NCBI GenBank assembly: GCA_964187785.1
Contig: OZ076412.1
Span: forward strand, 7,316,001-7,380,000
Length of the DNA stretch: 64,000 nucleotides
Reading direction: 5' to 3'
Source: Amphiscolops sp. MND2022
Lineage: Eukaryota
Made by a program: the position numbers and the translations under genes. Positions 12,244 to 23,384 of this stretch are shown piece by piece. The notes beneath the pieces are model-generated. The model saw only the letters and a list, made by a program, of their open reading frames with translations, searched no databases and had not been told where the DNA came from. How positions within the stretch are numbered: position 1 is the first letter of the stretch; each line of letters starts with the position of its first letter.

Positions 12244-12787
12244 GGGGACCGCAACTAAGGTCTAAGGAATAAGATCTAAAGAAATTTCGTAACTAAGATC
12301 TAAAGAACTAAGATCTAAAAAGCATGCACCGTAACTAAGGTCTAAATTGAATTAAAATAACGTCTAAGGAATAATGTGGGGTCATATACGGTGTATGCAC
12401 GCTCGCCCTCACCGTCGCAAAGACCAGCTCCCACTACGATCGCTTCGCGATCTCCGTTCCCGCTAGGTCTTTGCTCCTGTTCGACCTCGCTTAGCAAGAT
12501 GGGAACATAAGCGGCCCCAAGGGGCCGCAGGGCACTAGAGGAAATTGGGACATATCTGAGGCACGTTTTATACTTTAAAGCATTTTATACTTTACCGTAA
12601 CATCTAAAAAATGGGAATAACGGAAATTAAAACGGGAATAACGTCTGAAATTTAGACTTTCGGTACGATTCGGGAGCTGGCATTCTCTAGATCTTAGTTA
12701 CGAAAAATGACATTTAGATCTTAGTTCTTTAGATCTTAGTTACAGAAGTGCGTTTCGATCTTATTCCTTAGATCGTAGTTTGTGCCC
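12244..12787. mobile_element. Nested TIR element with (G/A)ATCTAA/GGTCTAA arrays
   Basis: Flanked by 11-bp direct repeats ACTCGATTCAT (12233-12243, 12788-12798). TIRs GGG..AACTA.G.TCTAAGGAATAAGATC. Confidence 0.75.
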
Positions 12788-12929
12788 ACTCGATTCATCA
12801 CTCATTACTCAATGTGAAAACACATCCATATTGCTTAAAAATTATTAAGCAATATGTCCACAAAATTAAGCAATATGGCATTATCCATATTGCTCAAAAA
12901 TTATTAAGCAATATGTCCACAAAATTAAG

Positions 12930-13487
12930 GGTTACCAGTCACTTGGCTTAATACCATTTGGCTTAATTTTTTCGTCGAGTCATTTGGCTTAAAAATTTTA
13001 AGCCAAGTGACCACAAAATTAAGCCAACTCCATTCCAACTCAAGGAATAAATATGTCAACTCCCGGAAATATCATAATGTGGGGCATATGCGGTGTATGC
13101 ACGCTCGCCCTCACCGTCGCAAAGACCAGCTCCCACTACGATCGCTTCGCGATCTTCGTTCCCGCTAGGTCTTTGCTCCTGTTCGACCTCGCTTAGCAAG
13201 ATGGAAATATAAGCGGCCCAAGGGGCCGCAGGGCACTAGAGGAAATGGGGACATACCCGAGGGGTACTTGATATGACATGTTATAATAATACGCTGACTA
13301 CGTTATAAAGATAAATTCGACAAAATCTGCCACGTGTTTTCAACTAGTTGGTTTTAAGTCAAATGACTTTTTAAGCCAAGTGACCAATACCCGAGACACT
13401 TTGCTTAAAAAAATTAAGCCAAGTGACCAATTGTATTAAGCCAAGTGACTTTAAGCCAAATGGCATTAAGCCAAGTGACCATTTACC
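12930..13487. mobile_element. Nested MITE (8-bp TSD, hAT-like) with TTAAGCCAAGTGAC arrays
   Basis: TSD AAATTAAG at 12922-12929 and 13488-13495. TIRs GGT.A...GTCACTTGGCTTAAT.CC. Confidence 0.8.
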
Positions 13488-14024
13488 AAATTAAGCAATA
13501 TGGCATTAAGCAATATGGAATTAAGTAATATGTCTTGTACCCGGTTTTGAGATCGAATTTTTCCGGTTTTGCTAGGTTTTCGCTCCTGTAAATTGTTTAA
13601 AAGCGTTTAAAATTATTTAGGTAGTTTTCCCCACCTAATATGGGATCATATACGGTGTATGCACGCTCGCCCTCACCGTCGCAAGGACCAGCTCGCACTA
13701 CGATCGCTTCGCGATCTCCGTTCCCGCTAGGTCTTTGCTCCTGTTCGACCTCGCTTAGCAAGATGGGAACATAAGCGGCCCCAAGGGGCCGCGGGGCATT
13801 AGATGAAATGGGGGGCATATCCGACGACCAAAAACATTTTTTGAAAACGCTAGGTGTTTGAAAACATGGATTCGATCTCATTTTCTGTGACCATTTTACT
13901 TCGATCTCGAGGACAGATTGCATATTCGCGCAAATTCATTCGATCCAAACGCCCACCGCCAATGTGAACAAGTCGACAAAGATAAAAAGTCACATATCAT
14001 ATATGAATGTTTATATTCTTTCCA

Positions 14025-14037
14025 TTACTCCTCTCCT
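14025..14037 (-). other. Putative polypurine tract of the Bel/Pao element
   Basis: - strand AGGAGAGGAGTAA directly precedes TG; same at 30723-30735. Confidence 0.55.
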
Positions 14038-14057
14038 GACTTTTTTCAGAATTGATA

Positions 14058-14404
14058 ATGTCTCTGCGGAAAGCACACAAGTCACCGCTAGCAAGTTTGG
14101 AGGAGCTGAGAGAGGTTCTGTGCGGCTTCCCGCAAGTCAAAGCTCTGACAATCGAAGAGGTGCGACTTAGTCGTTCAGAACCAGCAATTGTGAAAGACTT
14201 TGCCATTAAAGTCGAGGGGCCCTCCAAAGATGCACTGCTGGCGGCGAAGAAACTTGATGACCTGACTGATGAGTTCTTTAAGAAGAATACGAGTCCAAGA
14301 CAGTCTACTCCCGATCTGCTGGTAGATGTTATGGATGACTTCTTTATCAGTCAGGGTCAGGTGACATGCGATTGGCCCGATGCACTGAGTCCCCTTAACT
14401 TCGG
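14058..14404 (+). CDS. JmjC-domain protein, coding exon A (retrotransposon cargo)
   Basis: ATG at 14058 just after a strong acceptor (CTGAC-TTTTTT-CAG at 14049). The exon ends TTC GG|GTAG and encodes ...DWPDALSPLNFG. Confidence 0.8.
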
Positions 14405-14485
14405 GTAGTTCATTGGCACATGAATGCTTTGAATATTGATGCTTGAAAGATTCTAGTAGCATTGAATGTAATTTTCCATTTACAG

Positions 14486-14912
14486 TTATTTGCTGTTCAC
14501 TGGGGGAACCAGCTTTCGACCGTGGCACTTCGATTTGGAAGCATCAGAGACTGCTGGCGACATGCTCGCGACCCTTCTTTTAGGCAAGAAGATCTGGATG
14601 TTCTGCAAGATGGGTCGGTTGTCAGCATCTCTAAGGAAGGTCTGCGGGAGCCTTGAGTCGAAGACTGCCATTGCTAATTTGGTCAACTTTTTGAGGGCCT
14701 TGTCAAGAACGCAACGTCAGAAGATTTTGTGGTGTGAGTTTGGGGCTGGCGAGACAGTCTACATGCCATATGGGTGTGGCCATTCTGTTGCAACCTTTTG
14801 TGAAGGAATGCCGTCCTGTATGGTGACTGTTGATGTCAGAGCAGATTTTGATCGTGCAACAGCGATCAACAACAGTGCCCACAATCTGACTGACGTAGGT
14901 CATAGACGATGA
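14486..14912 (+). CDS. JmjC-domain protein, coding exon B (catalytic core); spliced product 257 aa
   Basis: An 81-nt GT-AG intron (14405-14485) joins in frame to give GYLLFTGGTSFRPWHFD...LLLGKKIWMF...GETVYMPYGCGHSVAT. This has the HxD...H iron triad and the 2OG-binding Lys motif. AATAAA at 14940. Confidence 0.88.
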
Positions 14913-15475
14913 CAAGAATAAGTGAGTAATCTGTTTTTTAATAAAAATTAGCTACTATTGCATACTGCATTGTGGTCAAGTGTAAGGTCAGGGTAGATGC
15001 GTAAATATCAGTAGAGGCGCATCAAATTCATTTGGTAAGTGTAGCATTGAAATTGACTTTGGGGATACATTTATATCCAATAAGCAACAGAAATATTGAA
15101 CTCGAAAGGATTAAGTGAAGTAAAATTCCTGTCTATGTAAACATTCTAGGATGCTTAGATTAAAATGACGTTTTCAGTAAATACTGAGGCACGTAAATGG
15201 GCATTTTAAAGAATGATAACTGTCACTTGCACTGCGGGGAGACACTTTTTATTGATGAATTAAAGTGCCAGATGACAAGTAGAGGTGCAATATCGATTCC
15301 ATTTTTGAAGATACCCTTCACAGTGGGTGTTAACAACATATAGCATCTTCAGTGAATGGATCAAAGCGGAGCAGCATTATAGTAGGGTTTATAGCAATGA
15401 CATATGTGTCGGGGAGACACTTTTTAGCATCAAAACTATATACAAACGAAAGCAATTATGAAACATTGAATAATT

Positions 15476-18400
15476 TCAAGAGTCAGAAGAGATATTTGAC
15501 TCCAGCAGGGTAGAATAATTTGGGACTGAATTGTCAAGTACTAGCCTTCTGAGCTTTACTACAAGGCGTATCAGGTCTCCTGTGGCCGTTTTTACTATGA
15601 AAACTCTATTAACTTCATCATTTCCGTCGTATGACTCTATGATTCTTCCAAGTTTCCAAACTAAAGGTGGTTGATTGTCTTCTGCGAAAACTACCATGTC
15701 TCCAACAATCATTCTTTGGCCGTCTTTGAACCACTTTTTACGAATTTGGAGATGCACCAGATAGTCTCTCTGCCAAGACTTCCAAAATGATCTAATTAGC
15801 TTCTTGACGAGTCTGTATCTTTCTGTCTGTTAGATTCAGTGCTTTCTCATTTTTGTATGTTGGAAGAGTCTTCAGGGGCTCTCCAATGAGAAAGTGTGCC
15901 GGCGTTAGAGGCTCTAAATCGTTTGGGTCAGTAGAAAGTGGAGTGAGCGGTCTTGAATTGAGAATTGCTTCGATTTCTGTAACATAAGTTGAGAGTTCTT
16001 CTTGCGAGAGAATTTGATTGCCAACTGTTCTCCTGAGATGATGTTTCATTCGCTTAATAGCAGATTCCCATAGTCCACCAAATTGTGGAATACGAGGAGG
16101 AATCATAACTCATTCCAAACCAGTGTCTTTACCAAAGTCAGTAATTGAATTTGCATGCTCGTCTTGCATATTCGTCTTCAATAGATCTTGAATCTTTAAG
16201 ATATCATTGCGAGCACCAATGAAGTTTATGGCATTGTCTGAGTAAATGCGCCTTGGGACTCCTCTCCGTGAGACGAACCGCTTCAGGGCTGCCAGACAAG
16301 CTTCTTTAGACAGAGATCCGACTATTTCTAAGTGAACTGCCTTGACTGAGAAACATACGAAAACAGCGATGTATGTCTTGTTATCTGGAAAAGTGATAAT
16401 TGGTCCAGCAAAGTCCAGTCCTGTATAGCTGAATGGCCTTGAAGGGGTGACCTTTTCTGTTGGAAGGTCTGCCATGACTTGATACGGCGGTTTGAGATTG
16501 AATTTTTGACATTTTACACAAAATTTTATTACTGCATTTACTTGATGTTTTCCCGATGTGCACCAATATTCTTGCCTCATTAAGTTGAGTGTTATTTGGC
16601 CCCCACCATGAAGAGAACCTTCATGAAAATGACGAAATACGAGCAGGGTAAAATGTCCCGAGGGTGGAAGCAGAACGGGAAACTTCTTGTTTTCCGAATA
16701 ATAGGATTGAGCAAGTCGGCCACCAACTCTTATGACTTTAAATTCTTCATCAAAGAATGGATTTAGATTCAGCAGGTTACTTTTGCAATTAATGGGACGC
16801 CTTTGGGAAAGAGCAGTGAACTCGTTGATGAAGTAAATTTTTTGCAGTTGAGAGACGATTAGAAATTTTGCTGTTTGTATTTCAGCAAATGAATAAGAAC
16901 CTTTCGATATTCTTATGTCTGAGTGAAGAGCTTTGAGGAATATTTGCTTGATGCGAAGAATGAAGCACACAGTGTTCAAAAGGCGTCGAAGTGACGAAAC
17001 CGAGAAATGTCGATTAACGGAATGGAATCTAATGAAAAATTAGTTCCAGTTAAAGAACTTACAGCCTCTGTATTTGAAACAACTTCTTTGTGGTTCGTGC
17101 TTCAGGGGTGCTGCAGTGTCCAGGGGAAGCTTGGGCCATTCTGAATGCTGCTTCCTTAATCACGGAGGACCATACCACCACAGAGCGGATTTTCTGAGAT
17201 CGACTGGAGACATGCCTCTGGACGGAAGATCGGCTGGATTGGATGTTGTGGGGACATGGTTCCATTTGTCTGGAGAAATGGTGTCTTGTATGATAGCTAC
17301 ACGGTTTGCAACAAAAGTGGTCCACTTTCGGGGAAGCTTAGCAATCCACTGGAGTACAATAGTAGAGTCCGACCAAGCGAAAACTTCATAGTTTTGAAAT
17401 TTCGTGAGATGAAGCAATTCTTCAATAATCTTGATTAACTTGCAGCCAAGGTGGGCAGCACATAATTCCAGTCTGGGGAGCGAGATCTGCTTGACAGGGG
17501 CAACACGACTTTTCGAAGCTAGAAGGCGAGTGGTTACAACCCCATTTTCGTCAACAAATCTAGAATAGACAGCTGCGGCATATGCTGATTCAGATGCATC
17601 CGTAAAAAGGTGAAGTTGGAAACTTTGGTTTTTTCCAGGGGACAAAAGACATCTAGGAAGAGCAAGTTCGTTGAGGCTTGGTAGCTGTTCACGCAATGTC
17701 ATCCATTGATTCTGGATGTGCGGTGGAAGAGGTTCATCCCATTGAATTCCAGTCGTCCAAATTTCCTGCATTAGCACCTTGTACCTGGTAATGATTGGAG
17801 CGAGCCAACCCAGTGGATCAAAGAGCTTGGACAAATCGGATAAAAATGTCCGCTATGTAAAGGCTGTCAATTAAAGAAGAAGGATTTCGAAGGTGAAAGC
17901 ATCCAAATTTGGCTTCCATTTGACACCGAGTGTTTTTATTTGATAATCATTATCTAAAATTTTGTCTTTTTCAGCAGTTTCGCGGAGATGTGTTGGCAGA
18001 TCCAAAGTGATTTCTGGATCACTTGATGTCCACTTTCGTAATTCAAACCCATGTTTCCGCAGTTCTTCGGACACACCGAGCAGTAGAACCTTGGCTTCAG
18101 CAGTGGAAGAAGCACCACTTAAGAAATCATCAACGAATAAATCGTTTTGAATGGACGACACAAAAAGTGTCTCCCCACATAGCTCGGCAACTTGTTTGAG
18201 GCATCTGGTTGCGTGGAAAGCTGAGGAGGCTATTCCGTACGTGACACGGGTCATACGAAGGTGCTGTAAAGGTTCGGTCGGATTATCTCGCCATAAGATA
18301 CGATGAAAATCACGATCGTTTGTATCTAGACCAACTTGTCTATACATTTTAGCCACATCTCCACTGATAGCGACTCTGTGGAATCGGAATCGCATTAATG

Positions 18401-18590
18401 TTGAGAATAAATCCGGCTGTGTAGTACTGCCAACCATCAGGGATTCATTCAATGAAGTTCCACTTTGAGACTTTGCGGATCCGTCAAACACAACGCGTAG
18501 TTTCGTAGTTGTCGAATCTTCCTTAACTACGCTGTGATGAGGCAGATAGAAGACTAGCTCACATGGTTTTTCAAGGTCAGCATTAGGAAC
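15476..18590 (-). pseudogene. Bel/Pao pol fragment (part of RT, RNase H, integrase), unit 1, disrupted
   Basis: ORFs 17871-18644, 17160-17834, 16110-16979, 15792-16106 and 15476-15757 carry RT, RH and IN motifs broken by stops and frameshifts. Confidence 0.92.
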
Positions 18591-18869
18591 AAGGAAGGTC
18601 TGCGGGAGCCTTGAGTCGAAGACTGCCGTTGCTAATACGGTCAACTTTTTGAGGGCCTTGTCAAGAACGCAACATCAGAAGATTTGTGGTGTGAGTTTGG
18701 GGCTGGCGAGACAGTCTACATGCCATATGGGTGTGGCCATTCTGTTGCAACCTTTTGTGAAGGAATGCCGTCCTTTATGGTGACTGTTGGTGTCAGATCA
18801 GATCTTGATCGTGCAACAGCGATCAACAACAGTGCCCACAATCTGACTGACGTAGGTCATAGACGATGA
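18591..18869 (+). pseudogene. JmjC 3' half, duplicated copy
   Basis: Matches 14633-14912 with a 1-nt deletion; fused to RT at an AAG microhomology. Confidence 0.9.
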
Positions 18870-19433
18870 CAAGAATAAGTGAGTAATCTATTTTTTTAAT
18901 AAAAATTAGCTACTATTGCATACTGCATTGTGGTCAAGTGTAAGGTCAGGGTAGATGCGTAAATATCAGTAGAGGCGCATCAAATTCATTTGGTAAGTGT
19001 AGCATTAAAATTGACTTTGGGGATACATTTATATCCAATAAGCAACATAAATATTGAACTCGAAATGATTAAGTGAAGTAAAATTCCTGTTTATGTAAAC
19101 ATTCTAGGATGCTTAGATTAAAATGACGTTTTCAGTAAATACTGAGGCAGGTTAATGGGGATTTTAAAGAATGATAACTGTCACTTGTACTGCGGGGAGA
19201 CACATTTTATTGATGAATTAAAGTGCCAGATGACAAGAAGAGGTACAATATCGATTCCATTTTTAAAGATACACTTCACAGTGGGTGTTAACAACATATA
19301 GCATCTTCAGTGAACGGATCAAAGCGAAGCAGCATTATAGTAGGGTTTATAGCAATGACATATGTGTTGGGGAGACACTTTTTAGCATCAAAGCTAAATA
19401 CAAACGAAGGAAATTATGAAACATTGAATAATT

Positions 19434-22400
19434 TCAAAAGTCAGAAGAGATATTTGACCCCAGCAGGGTAGGATTTGGGACTGAATTGTCAAGTACTAGC
19501 TTTCTGAGCTTTACTACAGGGCGTATTAGGTATCCTGTGGCCGTTTTTACTTTGAAAACTCTATTAACTTCATCATTTCCGCCGTATGACTCTATGATTC
19601 TTCCAAGTTTCCAAACTAAAGGTGGTTGATTGTCTTCTGCGACAACTACCATGTCTCCAACAATCATTCTTTGGCCGTCTTTGAACCACTTTTTACGAAT
19701 TTGGAGATGCACCAGATAGTCTCTCTGCCAAGACTTCCAATATGATCTAATTAGATTCTTGACGAGTCTGTATCTTTCTGTTAGATTCAGTGCTTTCTCA
19801 TTTTTGTATGTTGGAAGAGTCTTCAGGGGCTCTCCAATGAGAAAGTGTGCCGGCGTTAGAGGCTCTAAATCGTTTGGGTCAGTAGAAAGTGGAGTGAGCG
19901 GTCTTGAATTGAGAATTGCTTCGATTTCTGTAACATAAGTTGAGAGTTCTTCTTGCGAGAGAATTTGATTGCCAACTGTTCTCCTGAGATGATGTTTCAT
20001 TCGCTTAATAGCAGATTCCCAAAGTCCACCAAAATGTGGAGTACGAGGAGGAATCATAACCCATTCCAAACCAGTGTCTTTACCAAAGTCAGTAATTGAA
20101 TTTGCATGCTCGTCTTGCATATTTGTCTTCAATAGATCTTGAATCTTTAAGATATCATTGCGAGCACCAATGAAGTTTGTGGCATTGTCTGAGTAAATGC
20201 GCCTTGGGACTCCTCTCCGTGAGACGAACCGCCTCAGGGCTGCCAGACAAGCTTCTTTAGACAGAGATCCGACTATTTCTAAGTGAACTGCCTTGACTGA
20301 GAAACATACGAAAACAGCGATGTATGCCTTGTTATCAGGAATAGTGATAATTGGTCTAGCAAAGTCCAGTCCTGTATAGCTGAATGGCCTTGAAGGGGTG
20401 ACCTTTCTGTTGGAAGGTCTGCCATGACTTGATACGGCGGTTTGAGATTGAATTTTTGACATTTTACACAAAATTTTATTACTGCATTTACTTGATGTTT
20501 TCCCGATGTGCACCAATATTCTTGCCTCATTAAGTTGAGTGTTATTTGGCCCCCACCATGAAGGGAACCTTCATGAAAATGACGAAATACGAGCAGGGTA
20601 AAATGTCCCAAGGGTGGAAGCAGAACGGGAAACTTATTGTTTTCCGAATAATAGAATTGAGCAAGTCGGCCACCAACTCTTATGACTTTAAATTCTTCAT
20701 CAAAGAATGGATTTAGATTCAGCAGGTTACTTTTGCAATTAACGGGACGCCTTTGGGAAAGAGCTGTGAACTCGTTGATGAAGTAAATTTTTTGCAGTTG
20801 AGAGACGATTAGAAATTTTACTGTTTGTATTTCAGCAAATGAATAAGAACCTTTCGATATTCTTATGTCTGAGTGAAGAGCTTTGAGGAATATTTGCTTG
20901 ATGCAAAGAATGAAGCACACAGTGTTCAAAAGGCGTCGAAGTGACGAAAACCGAGAAATGTCGACTAACGGAATGGAATCTAATGAAAAATTAGTTCCAG
21001 TTAAAGAACTTACAGCCTCTGTATTTGAAACAACTTCTTTTGTGGTTCGTGCTTCAGGGGGTGCTGCAGTGTCCAGGGGAAGCTTGGGCCATTCTGAATG
21101 CTGCTTCCTTAACCACGGAGGACCATACCACCACAGAGCGGATTTTCTGAGATCGACTGGAGACATGCCTCTGGATGGAAGATCGGCTGGATTGGAAGTG
21201 GTTGGGACATGGTTCCATTTGTCTGGAGAAATGGTGTCTTGTATGATAGCTACACGGTTTGCAACAAAAGTGGTCCACTTTCGGGGAAGCTTAGCAATCC
21301 ACTGGAGTACAATAGTAGAGTCCGACCAAGCGAAAACTTCATAGTTTTGAAATTTCGTGAGATGAAGCAATTCTTCAATAATCTTGATTAACTTGCAGCC
21401 AAGGTGGGCAGCCCATAATTCCAGTCTGGGGAGCGAGATCTGCTTGACAGGGGCAACACGACTTTTCGAAGCTAGAAGGCGAGTGGTTACAACCCCATTT
21501 TCGTCAACAAATCTAGAATAGACAGCTGCGGCATATGCTGATTCAGATGCATCCGTAAAAAGGTGAAGTTGGAAACTTTGGTTTTTTCCAGGGGACAAAA
21601 GACATCTAGGAAGAGCAAGTTCGTTGAGGCTCGGTAGCTGTTCACGCAATGTCATCCATTGATTCTGGATGTGCGGTGGAAGAGGTTCATCCCATTGAAT
21701 TCCAGTCGTCCAAATTTCCTGCATTAGCACCTTGTACCTGGTAATGATTGGAGCGAGCCAACCCAGTGGACCAAAAAATTGGACAAATCGGATAAAAATG
21801 TCCGCTTTGTAAAGGCTGTCAATTAAAGAAGAAGGACTTCGAAGGTGAAAACATCCAAATTTGGCTTCCATTTGACACCGAGTGTTTTTATTTGATAATC
21901 ATTATCTAAAATTTTGTCTTTTTCAGCAGTTTCGCGGAGATGTGTTGGCAGATCCAAAGTGATTTCTGGATCACTTGATGTCCACTTTCGTAATTCAAAC
22001 CCATGTTTCCGCAGTTCTTCGGACACACCGAGCAGTAGAACCTTGGCTTCAGCAGTGGAAGAAGCACCACTTAAGAAATCATCAACGAATAAATCGTTTG
22101 GAATGGACGACACAAAAAGTGTCTCCCCACATAGCTCGGCAACTTGTTTGAGGCATCTGGTTGCGTGGAAGGCTGAAGAGGCTATTCCGTACGTGACACG
22201 GGTCATACGAAGGTGCTGTAAAGGTTCGGTCGCATTATCTCGCCATAAGATACGATGAAAATCACGATCGTTTGTATCTAGACCAACTTGTCTATACATT
22301 TTAGCCACATCTCCACTGATAGCGACTCTGTGGAATCGGAATCGCATTAATTTTGAGAATAAATCCGGCTGTGTAGTACTGCCAACCATCAGGGATTCAT

Positions 22401-22542
22401 TCAATGAAGTTCCACTTTGAGACTTTGCGGATCCGTCAAACACAACGCGTAGTTTCGTGGTTGTCGAATCTTCCTTAACTACGCTGTGATGAGGCAGATA
22501 GACGACTAGCTCACATGGTTTTTCAAGGTCAGCATTAGGAAC
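19434..22542 (-). pseudogene. Bel/Pao pol fragment, unit 2
   Basis: ORFs 21823-22596, 20279-21871 and 19434-20516; same motifs as unit 1. Confidence 0.92.
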
Positions 22543-22821
22543 AAGGAAGGTCTGCGGGAGCCTTGAGTCGAAGACAGCCGTTGCTAATACGGTCAACTTT
22601 TTGAGGGCCTTGTCAAGAACGCAACATCAGAAGATTTGTGGTGTGAGTTTGGGGCTGGCGAGACAGTCTACATGCCATATGGGTGTGGCCATTCTGTTGC
22701 AACCTTTTGTGAAGGAATGCCGTCCTTTATGGTGACTGTTGATGTCAGAGCAGATCTTGATCGTGCAACAGTGATCAACAACAGTGCCCACAATCTGACT
22801 GACGTAGGTCTTAGACGATGA
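22543..22821 (+). pseudogene. JmjC 3' half, second duplicated copy
   Basis: Same junction and 1-nt deletion as 18591-18869. Confidence 0.9.
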
Positions 22822-23384
22822 CAAGAATAAGTGAGTAATCTATTTTTTAATAAAAATTAGCTACTATTGCATACTGCATTGTGGTCAAGTGTAAGGTCAG
22901 GGTAGATGCGTAAATATCAGTAGAGGCGCATCAAATTCATTTGGTAAGTGTAGCATTGAAATTGACTTTGGGGATACATTTATATCCAGTAAGGAACAGA
23001 AATATCGAACTCGAAATGATTAAGTGAAGTAAAATTCCTGTCTATGTAAACATTCTAGGATGCTTAGATTAAAATGACGTTTTCAGTAAATACTGAGGCA
23101 GGTTAACGGGCATTTTAAAGAATGATAACTGTCACTTGTACTGCGGGGAGACACTTTTTATTGATGAATTAAAGTGCCAGATGACAAGTAGAGGTACAAT
23201 ATCGATTCCATTTTTAAAGATACACTTCACAGTGGGTGCTAACAACATATAGCATCTTCAGTGAATGGATCAAAGCGGAGCAGCATTATAGTAGGGTTTA
23301 TAGCAATGACATATGTGTCGGGAAGACACTTTTTAGCATCAACGCTATATACAAACGAAGGAAACTATGAAACATTGAATAATT

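Larger units (their letters stand above)
11690..13542. mobile_element. Nested TIR element (8-bp TSD, hAT-like) with TAAGCAATATGG subterminal arrays
   Basis: TSD GGTTTTGA at 11682-11689 and 13543-13550. TIRs GGG..CAAG.CATATT.CTTAAT.CCATATTGCTTAA. Confidence 0.8.
12014..13824 (+). repeat. Four copies of a ~180-bp GC-rich core (12014-12195, 12377-12559, 13080-13260, 13641-13824) with a Helitron-like hairpin + CTAG
   Basis: Near-identical copies containing GCGGCCCC-AA-GGGGCCGC followed 6 nt later by CTAG (TTAG in copy 4). Confidence 0.85.
11620..13960. mobile_element. Non-autonomous TIR element, Mutator-like, inserted in the LTR
   Basis: 9-bp TSD AATGTGAAC (11611-11619, 13961-13969), single-copy in the intact LTR. 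Imperfect TIRs GGTGGG..TTTGGATCGAAT. Confidence 0.8.
11471..14024 (-). repeat. Bel/Pao 3' LTR, split by nested insertions (11471-11619 + 13961-14024)
   Basis: Both halves match the uninterrupted LTR at 30502-30722. It ends ...CTCAACA on the - strand. The right boundary is inferred from the adjacent purine tract. Confidence 0.85.

Noticed and set aside
13597-13923. 108-aa ORF through the GC-rich core
   Set aside because: It is open over this length in only one context and has no recognisable motif; better explained as repeat DNA.
14058-14912. JmjC as a host gene merely interrupted by or adjacent to the retrotransposon
   Set aside because: It lies inside the LTR boundary at the same position in both LTR-anchored units and shows divergence similar to pol. 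This cannot be fully excluded without copies from other loci.
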